Below, piece by piece: positions 17,100 through 24,318 of a stretch of DNA of 24,318 nucleotides. Location of the stretch: positions 1 to 24,318 of the IMG/VR virus record IMGVR_UViG_3300021978_000002; one strand, given 5' to 3'. The first letter of the stretch is position 1; the number at the start of each line of letters is the position of its first letter. The position numbers and the translations under genes were made by a program. The notes beneath the pieces were generated by a model that saw only the letters and a program-made list of their open reading frames with translations, did no database searches and was not told the DNA's origin. The stretch comes from a virus (taxonomy: Duplodnaviria; Caudoviricetes).

Positions 17100-18166
17100 T
17101 GCATCACCTCAAGCTCAAGAGTTACATTGTCAAGTACAGCTACAGAGTAATCATCTGGCTCTATAGGAACACTTTCTAAAACAACATCCAAAACACCATC
17201 AACCATTAAGGCATCTATCATCTGTGCTACAGTTACACTCTCTTTTATTTTTAAGCTGCTAAATCTTGCAGTAGCACTATTTATAGCTTCACGATAGACC
17301 AAACTACTATCTAAACCATTTTTAATTTTTAGATGTGCTTTTAAATCAAAGTGGATCTCATTGGCTTTTTTGACTTGTACTTTATCTGTTAGAGGTCTTA
17401 CATCTTCAGCACTTAGTGCAGTTTCTATTCTCTCTTGCATAAGTTCATCTGCATATTTTGAGTAGTAAACAACATCAACCACCCCAGCAGATGGGCATAA
17501 AACATTTACATCCTCACACCTCTCATCAGCTTTTAGAGCATAGCTTTTATATGTCATTGCACTTCCAGCTGTGCTTTTATCTGCAAGCGATACTCTTATT
17601 CTTGCTTTAAACTCATCATCACTTTCAGGATTGCTTCCATTTATAAAATCATTCAGCTGTTTAACTTGAACATAAGGTAAAGGTGAAACTTGAATCTCAG
17701 TCTTTATATCACTGCTTGATACTTCACTTTGCAGCTCTACCACTCCTAGAGCCTTAAGCTCACCAGCTTTGATTACTACATCTTCTAAAAGCTTTGATCT
17801 AAAAGTAGAAGTTTCATCTGTTAGCTCAAAACCGGTAGGAATTAATACATCTACATCTAAAGTAGTAGTTAAGCTAAATTCCATATCAGCATAAGGTTTG
17901 CTTCCTGGTAATCTGTAAAGCCCATACAAAGTTTCAGCCAGATTATCTAAATCATTGGCAGTTGAAGTTAGTAGAAAAAAACCGCCTGCAAGGTCGTTAA
18001 AAAACTCTCTTAAGTAAAGCTCACGATATGCAAATGCTCTTAAAACAAGCATTACATCATCGCTTTCACTTGGCACATAATCAGGTAGTAGCTTTTTAAC
18101 AACTTCTAAGCATTCACTCAGAATCTCGTCATAGCTTTTTTCTACTAACAAATCAGGCAGGTTCAA
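17096..18166 (-). CDS. Baseplate J family wedge protein
   Basis: AFAYREL, DLDNLA, ESDDEFKARI, STAGS..Y, VRPLTDKVQV. Confidence 0.94.
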   Translation of the reverse strand: MNLPDLLVEKSYDEILSECLEVVKKLLPDYVPSESDDVMLVLRAFAYRELYLREFFNDLAGGFFLLTSTANDLDNLAETLYGLYRLPGSKPYADMEFSLTTTLDVDVLIPTGFELTDETSTFRSKLLEDVVIKAGELKALGVVELQSEVSSSDIKTEIQVSPLPYVQVKQLNDFINGSNPESDDEFKARIRVSLADKSTAGSAMTYKSYALKADERCEDVNVLCPSAGVVDVVYYSKYADELMQERIETALSAEDVRPLTDKVQVKKANEIHFDLKAHLKIKNGLDSSLVYREAINSATARFSSLKIKESVTVAQMIDALMVDGVLDVVLESVPIEPDDYSVAVLDNVTLELEVMQ

Positions 18167-18539
18167 CTTCTATCCTTAGCTTAAACTCGTCATAGCTTAA
18201 AGCAATCACATCTACCTTTTTGCATCTGACTCTGTTTACCCATCTATCAATAGCCTCAAAGGTATATGAGATCGCTTTTAGTCTTGTCTCATCATTTGAG
18301 CCTCTATCTCTAAGTTTGTAAAGCTCACTTCCATATTCTGGATTCATAGGAATACTTCCCTTTTTGGTTATCAAGACTCTTCTAATCTCTTCAGCTACAT
18401 CAATAATGTATGTATCTCCCGCAGTATTAGTAACTACGGGAGATACACCAGGAGTAGAGAATTCAACGTTTACTACAAGGTTTCTCAGGCTATCTACTTC
18501 TGCCCTTAATCTTTGAAACTCTTCATATATTGTTGACAT
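18153..18539 (-). CDS. gpW/gp25-family baseplate protein with N-terminal extension
   Basis: IRRVLITKKGSIPMNPEYGSEL...AIDRWVNRV. Confidence 0.88.
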   Translation of the reverse strand: MSTIYEEFQRLRAEVDSLRNLVVNVEFSTPGVSPVVTNTAGDTYIIDVAEEIRRVLITKKGSIPMNPEYGSELYKLRDRGSNDETRLKAISYTFEAIDRWVNRVRCKKVDVIALSYDEFKLRIEVEPA

Positions 18540-18583
18540 TCACACACTCCACACTACATAAGCTACGGCACTAACGCTACCTG

Positions 18584-19303
18584 TTAGTTTCCCACTGTCA
18601 CCGAACTGTTTTCAGTATTAACCACTTTACTAATTAGCGTTTTTGGATTGAATGCAATCATAATGTTAACGCTAACCGCATCACCATCACCGCTGCAATC
18701 TTTATATATTTCATAATCAGCAAAGTGTCGTCGGTCGACTAGTGCAACTTTGAAACTATCCTTTGTTTTATCTTTAATAATTGGCTGTACCATCCAGTCA
18801 TTTTCAATATTAGCCATAACCGCATAGTTTGTATCTTCAAAGCCAAAAGAGGTGACATCTATCTGCTTAGTTCCATCTGCACTATCTACTGTGATATTAA
18901 AAAAAGCAGTGCGTTTCATTGCATTTACTTCATCAGCTACTAAGTCGATAGTTTCCAAGATGGTTACATCAAGGCTCTCAGTTACACTCTTTAGCGTATT
19001 AACACTCTCTTGAAGTTGTGCTATCTCTTCATCACTTAGGCTATGAAGGTCACTTAGTGCAGTAGAAACCTCGGTAACTTTTACATCAAGCTCGTTAGCA
19101 ACCTCTTGTACTCTCGTAACAAGAGCATTGAAATCATCTCTATTGCTCTCTAATGTTGTGTTGTAAGTGCTTGCAAATGCGCTTAAAATGTCAGATAGAT
19201 TGTTAACTCTATCTTGAATCTCAGTCAAAGACACATCAGGAATTTGTAAAAACTTCTCAGTATCTTCAACTACCCGTTTGAGATCTTCCAAGTCATAAGC
19301 CAT
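18584..19303 (-). CDS. Acidic coiled-coil protein with C-terminal beta domain (possible H-type-lectin-like fibre tip)
   Basis: About 130 aa of heptads, then FGFEDTNYAVMANI...IKDKTKDSFKVALVD; SD AAGGAG. Confidence 0.55.
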   Translation of the reverse strand: MAYDLEDLKRVVEDTEKFLQIPDVSLTEIQDRVNNLSDILSAFASTYNTTLESNRDDFNALVTRVQEVANELDVKVTEVSTALSDLHSLSDEEIAQLQESVNTLKSVTESLDVTILETIDLVADEVNAMKRTAFFNITVDSADGTKQIDVTSFGFEDTNYAVMANIENDWMVQPIIKDKTKDSFKVALVDRRHFADYEIYKDCSGDGDAVSVNIMIAFNPKTLISKVVNTENSSVTVGN

Positions 19304-19327
19304 TAGGCTCTCCTTTTAATTTTTTTT

Positions 19328-19367
19328 GCGGGACTTGAGAGTGCGCACCGCCCGCTTAGTGCGCACC
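19328..19367 (-). other. Predicted H-type RNA pseudoknot in intergenic spacer
   Basis: GGUGCGCACU-AAGCGGGC-GGUGCGCACU 10-bp stem; loop GCGGG pairs with CCCGC 7 nt downstream. Confidence 0.55.
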
Positions 19368-19373
19368 ATCAAA

Positions 19374-19856
19374 TCACGGTCTAGGCTGTGCTACACATGT
19401 TTTACAATCAACATCATGTTCATGGTAGGTTAGATCACCCTCACAATCTGTTATCTTTCCTGTTATTGTCAGGTTGCCGTCAAAATCAAGTTTGAAATTT
19501 TTTGCATCAACTTTTACAGACTCTCTATCACATTCAAAAGTTACATTGCCAATTTGCACAATGGTGTTTTTACTTGTACTGCCCTCTGGCTCTTTGTTCC
19601 CTCTATGATAGATGCTTGGGATAATAAAACCGCTGTTTGCCTCTCCAAAAGGAGAGACTACAAGCACCTGCTCGTTTACCTGTATTGGCATCCATACTTT
19701 CATAAAAGAGTTGCTAATCATTACAACGGGCAAAAAGTCTGTTACACGACCTAAGATGTTAACTCTTGCAAGTGCTAAACCATCATCACTTTTAGTTTCT
19801 GTAACTGTGCCAACCTGCACAATGTTTGCTATACGACGAAGCAACTCTTGACTCAT
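19374..19856 (-). CDS. Baseplate central spike (P2 gpV-like)
   Basis: ELLRRIANIVQVGTV, NEQVLVVSPFGE, C-terminal HEH. Confidence 0.92.
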   Translation of the reverse strand: MSQELLRRIANIVQVGTVTETKSDDGLALARVNILGRVTDFLPVVMISNSFMKVWMPIQVNEQVLVVSPFGEANSGFIIPSIYHRGNKEPEGSTSKNTIVQIGNVTFECDRESVKVDAKNFKLDFDGNLTITGKITDCEGDLTYHEHDVDCKTCVAQPRP

Positions 19857-20236
19857 TTTTTTAGATACTCCACAATATCTTTAATGCTTGTATTTATTTC
19901 ATCAAGCTTTCTCTCAACTATTGCAAAACGTTCATTAATATGTTTTTCATGCATTTCAAAAATCTGAATCTGTAAATATTTTCTCTCTATATCTTTATCT
20001 GTAATACTCTTTTCACTGAGCGTATCTACTCTATGCTCTAATGCATGCAGTCTCTCTTGCACTGAAATACTCTCATTCTTATTTTCATCTATTCGTAGGA
20101 ATGCAGCTTCAATTCGAGTCTCAACTTTTTCAAAATCTTTTAAAAGCTTATCTAGCCTTGCACGCATTGCATAGATCGCACCTGCAGCAGTTATTGCAAT
20201 TACAACAATCTCCATAAAAGTAGACAAATCAGGCAT
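19853..20236 (-). CDS. Single-TM plus coiled-coil protein, probably lysis-associated
   Basis: SD GGAGG favours ATG 20236; hydrophobic IVVIAITAAGAIYAM followed by heptads; next to holin-like gene. Confidence 0.55.
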   Translation of the reverse strand: MPDLSTFMEIVVIAITAAGAIYAMRARLDKLLKDFEKVETRIEAAFLRIDENKNESISVQERLHALEHRVDTLSEKSITDKDIERKYLQIQIFEMHEKHINERFAIVERKLDEINTSIKDIVEYLKK

Positions 20237-20699
20237 TATTGCCTCCAGTTTCAGAGCTACCATAGAAGAATCCTAAGATTACGCTTATAACAGTTCCAAG
20301 CATGAAGCCAAGTGTTGTGTCTGCAAACCTTACATTTTTTACAGGTATATCAAGAAAAGTAATTCCAAATACATAACCTGAAGCTACCAAACTCCAAAAT
20401 ATGGCAAAGTAATAGATAAAACGCTTGGAAAATTTATCACTTTGTCGAAGTGCCTCAACTTGCATATTCCTAGCATTTGCTCGATCTTGTAGATACATCT
20501 CTCTTTTTTTGAGCAAAAGCTCCTGATTTTTAGCCTCAAACTCTTTTAGCTTTTCCAACTCTTCAGAAGTCATTTTGGACTTGAGTTTAACTCCTGTTTT
20601 CTCTTCTATAAACTCTTTTGCTTTTTCTTCACCTACATCAATAAGACTGCCTAAAAGGCTCATTCCTGCTTCTACAAGAATTCCAGCAATGGGTATCAT
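20229..20699 (-). CDS. Holin-like membrane protein
   Basis: DRANARNMQ, two C-terminal TM helices ending GFFYGSS; start 20699 or 20702 after GGAG. Confidence 0.65.
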   Translation of the reverse strand: MIPIAGILVEAGMSLLGSLIDVGEEKAKEFIEEKTGVKLKSKMTSEELEKLKEFEAKNQELLLKKREMYLQDRANARNMQVEALRQSDKFSKRFIYYFAIFWSLVASGYVFGITFLDIPVKNVRFADTTLGFMLGTVISVILGFFYGSSETGGNNA

Positions 20700-21115
20700 C
20701 ATATGCTCCATTTTTCAGTGTAATATTTAATTGTTACCTCAATTTGTGCCATTCCAACCATTTGGTCCTGATGCTCAAAATCTATCTCTACAGAATCAAA
20801 AGAGATATAATCGCCAAGGTCTTCACCTTCTGCTGATTCTTTACCAATAACAACAAGAACATCTAGGATCTTTTCTCGTAAAGATTTAGGAGTTAATGCT
20901 TCATCTGAAACAAATAAAAGAATTTCAATTTTTAAAGAGTGGCTACTTGAACCACTAGCCTGCTCTGAATCTACTTGATCATCAGTATCTTTTAAAATAA
21001 TTGCAGGTAGATCACTTGGTGAAAGTGGTGAAACAAGCCACTCAAAAAGATTAGGCTTCCACTCAATAGTTTTTAGTCTGTTTTTTAGGTTATCAATGAT
21101 TATTTGTCTTCGCAT
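20699..21115 (-). CDS. Tail terminator-like protein (lambda gpU-like)
   Basis: RRQIIIDNLKNRL, DLPAII, acidic, C-terminal VTIKY; position after head-tail joining gene. Confidence 0.7.
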   Translation of the reverse strand: MRRQIIIDNLKNRLKTIEWKPNLFEWLVSPLSPSDLPAIILKDTDDQVDSEQASGSSSHSLKIEILLFVSDEALTPKSLREKILDVLVVIGKESAEGEDLGDYISFDSVEIDFEHQDQMVGMAQIEVTIKYYTEKWSI

Positions 21116-21155
21116 AAGTGAAGTTTAGAAGATTTGAGAGAAAAAAAATAGTGTA

Positions 21156-21464
21156 CTAAAAACGAGGTCTAGTATCTTTTGAGATATAAGCTTTTATGAC
21201 AAAAGGGTCTTTATGAAAAATATGAATCACAACATACGGCTCATCGTCAATAGTGATGATTGAACCGTTTTTTAATATCTGCACATCAGCTCTCTTTAGA
21301 GTAATAGTCTTAACAGTAGCATTATAATCACCATCTAGCACGGCATCATCTTTAAGATCGATAATACCATTGACTTCTAAACCATCTACTATTACTTTTG
21401 TTGCAAATTCATCGGGATTTAGAAATATATCCAAATCCCTTAAAACCTGATCTTTAAAAGCCAC
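21156..21464 (-). CDS. Head-tail joining protein (lambda gpFII-like), GTG start
   Basis: FKDQVLRDLDIFLNPDEFA, GSIITIDDEPYVV. Confidence 0.75.
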   Translation of the reverse strand: MAFKDQVLRDLDIFLNPDEFATKVIVDGLEVNGIIDLKDDAVLDGDYNATVKTITLKRADVQILKNGSIITIDDEPYVVIHIFHKDPFVIKAYISKDTRPRF

Positions 21465-21758
21465 TTATTGCCCTTGCTCTACTTGTTTTATAAGGTCAAT
21501 CAATTCAGCTTTTTTCTTGTTTTTATAGTCTTCTAATCCAAGTGCTTCACACTTCTCTTTTAGCTCTTCGACGGTCATTTTTTCAAAATCTTCCACAGTG
21601 TCTTGCTTTTGCCACTCTTCAAACTCTCTTTGCGTTGAAGAGACCGCCTTACCAGCAAGAATCATCTTGCTTGCAAGGTCTTGACCAACTTCGATAATAT
21701 CGCCCTCTTTATAGACTTTGCCTTTGTAAATTGTTGCTTTAATTAGCTTAACAAACAT
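21465..21758 (-). CDS. Capsid-region protein with C-terminal HeH/Rho-N-like domain
   Basis: MFVKLIKATIYKGKVYKEGDIIEV N-domain; FEKMTVEELKEKCEALGL...KKKAELIDLI. Confidence 0.75.
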   Translation of the reverse strand: MFVKLIKATIYKGKVYKEGDIIEVGQDLASKMILAGKAVSSTQREFEEWQKQDTVEDFEKMTVEELKEKCEALGLEDYKNKKKAELIDLIKQVEQGQ

Positions 21759-21767
21759 CTACTATCC

Positions 21768-22124
21768 TTATCTATTTAAAAGGATCTGAACTGTCCCTGA
21801 TATATCTGCATCTTTTGCAGTTATTGCATGTCCAGCTGGATTGTATTTAATGTCTGCACCATTATCTGCCTTAATAGTCAAAACACGATTAATGTGATCA
21901 AAATAGAGCTTATCTCCAACTTTAATCTCATCTTCAGTTGCAGCTTCAATCTCTACAGCTGCATCTGCTACATAAACTGTAATTGTTTCACCAGTTAAGC
22001 CACTTGTACCAGCAATACCAATCATATCAGTACCAATTTGGATCACATCCCCGACCTCTACATCTGATGTTAACGTCATAGGGATACGATCATCTTTCAT
22101 TACAATAAATGCTTCTTTAGCCAT
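21768..22124 (-). CDS. Capsid cement/decoration protein (DUF2190-like)
   Basis: DVEVGDVIQIG...GIA, IKVGDKLYFD; directly follows capsid gene. Confidence 0.8.
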   Translation of the reverse strand: MAKEAFIVMKDDRIPMTLTSDVEVGDVIQIGTDMIGIAGTSGLTGETITVYVADAAVEIEAATEDEIKVGDKLYFDHINRVLTIKADNGADIKYNPAGHAITAKDADISGTVQILLNR

Positions 22125-22135
22125 TCTTTTACTCC

Positions 22136-24034
22136 TTAACCGTTATTTTTGTAAAGACCACGATAATCTTCTACTACCAAGCCAAAATCAAAAACAAGCT
22201 CATACTCGATACCATTGATATTGCTTCTATTTACCTCTTCTACAATAGGTCGTCGTCCAGTTCCTTGTAAGTAGCCGACTTTGATAGTCTTTTTAGGTGC
22301 AGCTAGATACCAAGCTTTAGTATCAGTCAGTTCCATATCTGTGATAATGTTATAAAGACCCTTGACCGGGTTTACAACTCCAGCATTTTGAGCTGAAATA
22401 TCTGCTGTTGAATTGAGAAGTTGTCGAGCTGTAACCTCCAATTCAGGTGGTACAATGAGATGCTTTGGAATAATGCGCAGTTGCTTACCATCAAAGTCTT
22501 TTTGTCGCATCATCTTAGTGCGTGCTGCTGAAAGTGTATCTATTGAAAGTGAAGCACCAGTTTCATCATAGTTTTTATGAGATGCATCAAATACAGGTTT
22601 ACCATCTTCCATTACATAATCTTTGTACTCATTAATACGCTCCAATAGATTGTAAACGTGGCGATTTTGGAAAATTGCAACCTGCTCAACCATATCACGC
22701 AAATCATCTACAAACATGCCAAGATCGTCATTGATTAGCAACTGTCGGCTAAATGCAAATCGTGCGCCATAACTCTTAATAGACCAGGTAAGACCAGTTT
22801 CGCCTTTTTCTTTATATGTAGTCTGTCCAAGCTCGTGGACTTCTTTAAAGTCAGATGAAAAAGACCCCTTACGTACTTCAGTACGAGGTTTAAAGTCTTT
22901 AAAATCAACTGCTTGTGTCCAGCTTCTAAAAGTAACAGGCGCACTTGCAAATGAATCTTGGATAACTTTGTTTTGCACGTTTGCAAGTAGTTTAGGGAAA
23001 TCACTTGTCGTCATCGCACGAACTAGATCACTCTCACTTGCTTCAAGCGGTAATCCTGCAATCTTTCTTACCATATTTTGAACGCTCATACCACGGAACA
23101 TATCAGCATCTTGATGAATATTGTCGCTACTAAATCCAAGACGTAAAAGAAGTCCATCGCCCATAGCACGAATCATCTCACCGTGTGTCTCATCAGCATG
23201 TCGTCCAGCAAATACACGTGGTTGTTGTTTTGTTTTTTCATCAAGCAAGTGTCTCAAAAAATCTTCCTTTGTTTTTGTCTTATCTTCAATAAAGCTTCGT
23301 ACCGTCTCAGCATCAGCACCATAAGCAACTGCAAGCTCATTAATTTCTGCTTTTCGCTTTAACTCTGCATTTTCCTCTTCAAGCTTTCGAGCTTTATCCT
23401 CTTCTTGCTTTGCCATTGCCTTAAGGTCTGCAAGTTCACGCTCTTGCTCTTCACTTCGCTCTTTAAGTGTCTCCAGTTTTTTAATTCTTTCCATAATCTC
23501 TTTTGGTGGCATATTTACTCCTTCTTCTAAATTTCTTCCAATAGTTGCACCTTTGTCAAAACCGATACCTACTGCACTTAGTTCTCTAATCTCAAAATCA
23601 GTAACGGTCACCATATCAGGCTCATCTTTTCTTTCTTCAATTGTCACTGTATTTACTCTATAGCCAATGGAAACATCCGTAAGAATCCCGTCTCTATATT
23701 TTTCAAACACTGCTACAGCATCTGGAGTTGAACCAAAGACTACATCAGCCTTCAGCTCTCCATTTTCAATGCGTACATTTTCTACCCGACCTATTGCACT
23801 ATCTACGCTTCGATTATGATCCTTGAAAAAAGTAGTTAACCTATCCCAACTGGCACCAGATACATCAAGTCTTTCTATATATGTATCACCAGTCCACCAA
23901 TCAACCCTCTCCCCTTCATTCTCTTTCGAGATGAGGATAAAAGGGATTTTTCTTGCCTCTTCATCTATCAAAGACAAATTTGGAGATGCTCTACGCTGGA
24001 TCTCCTGCCCTTCAATTTTGTACTTCTTTGGCAT
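22136..24034 (-). CDS. Fused HK97-family prohead protease / scaffold / major capsid protein
   Basis: FKDHN (His), DVSIGY (Ser), RELSAV (Glu); coiled-coil linker; capsid motifs TTSDFPKLL, FSRQLLINDDLG, PKHLIVPPELE, DFGLVVEDYRGLYK. Confidence 0.93.
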   Translation of the reverse strand: MPKKYKIEGQEIQRRASPNLSLIDEEARKIPFILISKENEGERVDWWTGDTYIERLDVSGASWDRLTTFFKDHNRSVDSAIGRVENVRIENGELKADVVFGSTPDAVAVFEKYRDGILTDVSIGYRVNTVTIEERKDEPDMVTVTDFEIRELSAVGIGFDKGATIGRNLEEGVNMPPKEIMERIKKLETLKERSEEQERELADLKAMAKQEEDKARKLEEENAELKRKAEINELAVAYGADAETVRSFIEDKTKTKEDFLRHLLDEKTKQQPRVFAGRHADETHGEMIRAMGDGLLLRLGFSSDNIHQDADMFRGMSVQNMVRKIAGLPLEASESDLVRAMTTSDFPKLLANVQNKVIQDSFASAPVTFRSWTQAVDFKDFKPRTEVRKGSFSSDFKEVHELGQTTYKEKGETGLTWSIKSYGARFAFSRQLLINDDLGMFVDDLRDMVEQVAIFQNRHVYNLLERINEYKDYVMEDGKPVFDASHKNYDETGASLSIDTLSAARTKMMRQKDFDGKQLRIIPKHLIVPPELEVTARQLLNSTADISAQNAGVVNPVKGLYNIITDMELTDTKAWYLAAPKKTIKVGYLQGTGRRPIVEEVNRSNINGIEYELVFDFGLVVEDYRGLYKNNG

Positions 24035-24318
24035 TTTCCTCTCCTAAAATTTTTTGCTCAAGCTCTTTCTCTCTCTTCTGTTGCATCAATACCTCTTCAT
24101 AATCCTTCCCTCTGCTTGCCATTACTTCACTTTTCGTAATAAGTCCAAGCTTCAACTCCATCTCTATTGCTTTCATATCTTTAAAAGGATCTACCCACTC
24201 TCTTGCAGGTGTTACCCATTTAGGTTTGATGAATTTCTGTCTATTCTTAAAATATGTAACTGGATTAATACTTTTTAATCTACCTGCCATAACCATTGCA
24301 TCAAGCCAAGCTTCAAAA
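24012..24318 (-). CDS. Lambda-family portal protein, C-terminal part (5' end outside the window)
   Basis: Frame open to the window edge (FEAWLDAMVMAGRL); WVTPAREWVDPFKD...GLITKSEVMASRGKDYEEV. Confidence 0.9.
   Translation of the reverse strand, partial: FEAWLDAMVMAGRLKSINPVTYFKNRQKFIKPKWVTPAREWVDPFKDMKAIEMELKLGLITKSEVMASRGKDYEEVLMQQKREKELEQKILGEENAKEVQN

Larger units (their letters stand above)
1..24318. mobile_element. Temperate phage genome segment: lambda-like head, P2-like contractile tail, RecE/RecT, xis-attP-int
   Basis: Every recognisable ORF is phage-type (portal, protease-capsid, baseplate, sheath, tube, tape measure, lysozyme, integrase, RecT); no host housekeeping gene seen. Confidence 0.97.

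Noticed and set aside
19340-19376. Readthrough, selenocysteine insertion or frameshift at the gpV UGA driven by the downstream structure
   Set aside because: Readthrough meets TAA after five more codons, and both other frames stop before the next gene, so no fusion can form
20697-20711. Lambda S-type dual start in the holin-like gene (Met-Met)
   Set aside because: No charged residue between the adjacent Met codons; explained by overlap with the upstream stop
506-24278. Many opposite-strand or alternate-frame ORFs in the track (e.g. 506-895, 594-863, 1554-1820, 3890-4210, 8511-8819, 10527-10877, 12511-12846, 22735-23004, 24054-24278)
   Set aside because: They lie on top of well-supported genes, lack convincing RBS or promoter, and most have the S/F/L-rich composition of antisense shadows

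Overview
The whole window looks like part of an AT-rich temperate phage with a contractile tail. A Campylobacterota host is inferred, not proven, from promoter style and gene character. The + strand carries an early module (600-5915): small ORFs, a RecE-like exonuclease, RecT, an excisionase, an apparently unsplit attP-like site with arm-type repeats, and a tyrosine integrase. The converging - strand late operon (5912-24318) runs from the 3' end of a lambda-family portal through a fused HK97-type protease/major capsid gene, head-tail connectors, holin-like genes, a P2-like baseplate, fibre, sheath, tube, chaperone, tape measure and U/X/D genes, to an endolysin. The most unusual part is the non-coding 1-580 region. 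It holds a ~160-nt - strand small RNA candidate with its own promoter and terminator, and two tandem RNase III-type stems on the + strand. The second stem encloses three anti-(Shine-Dalgarno + start codon) modules. One module is a perfect 16-nt complement of the recT translation start and pairs over 15 nt (one G:U) with the integrase start, suggesting a multi-target antisense RNA cassette. Other signals are a P2-type -1 frameshift, a leaderless antisense membrane-protein moron overlapping it, an H-type pseudoknot in the baseplate region, and an internal start in the protease-capsid gene. All product calls come from motif recognition and gene order by eye; no database search was run.
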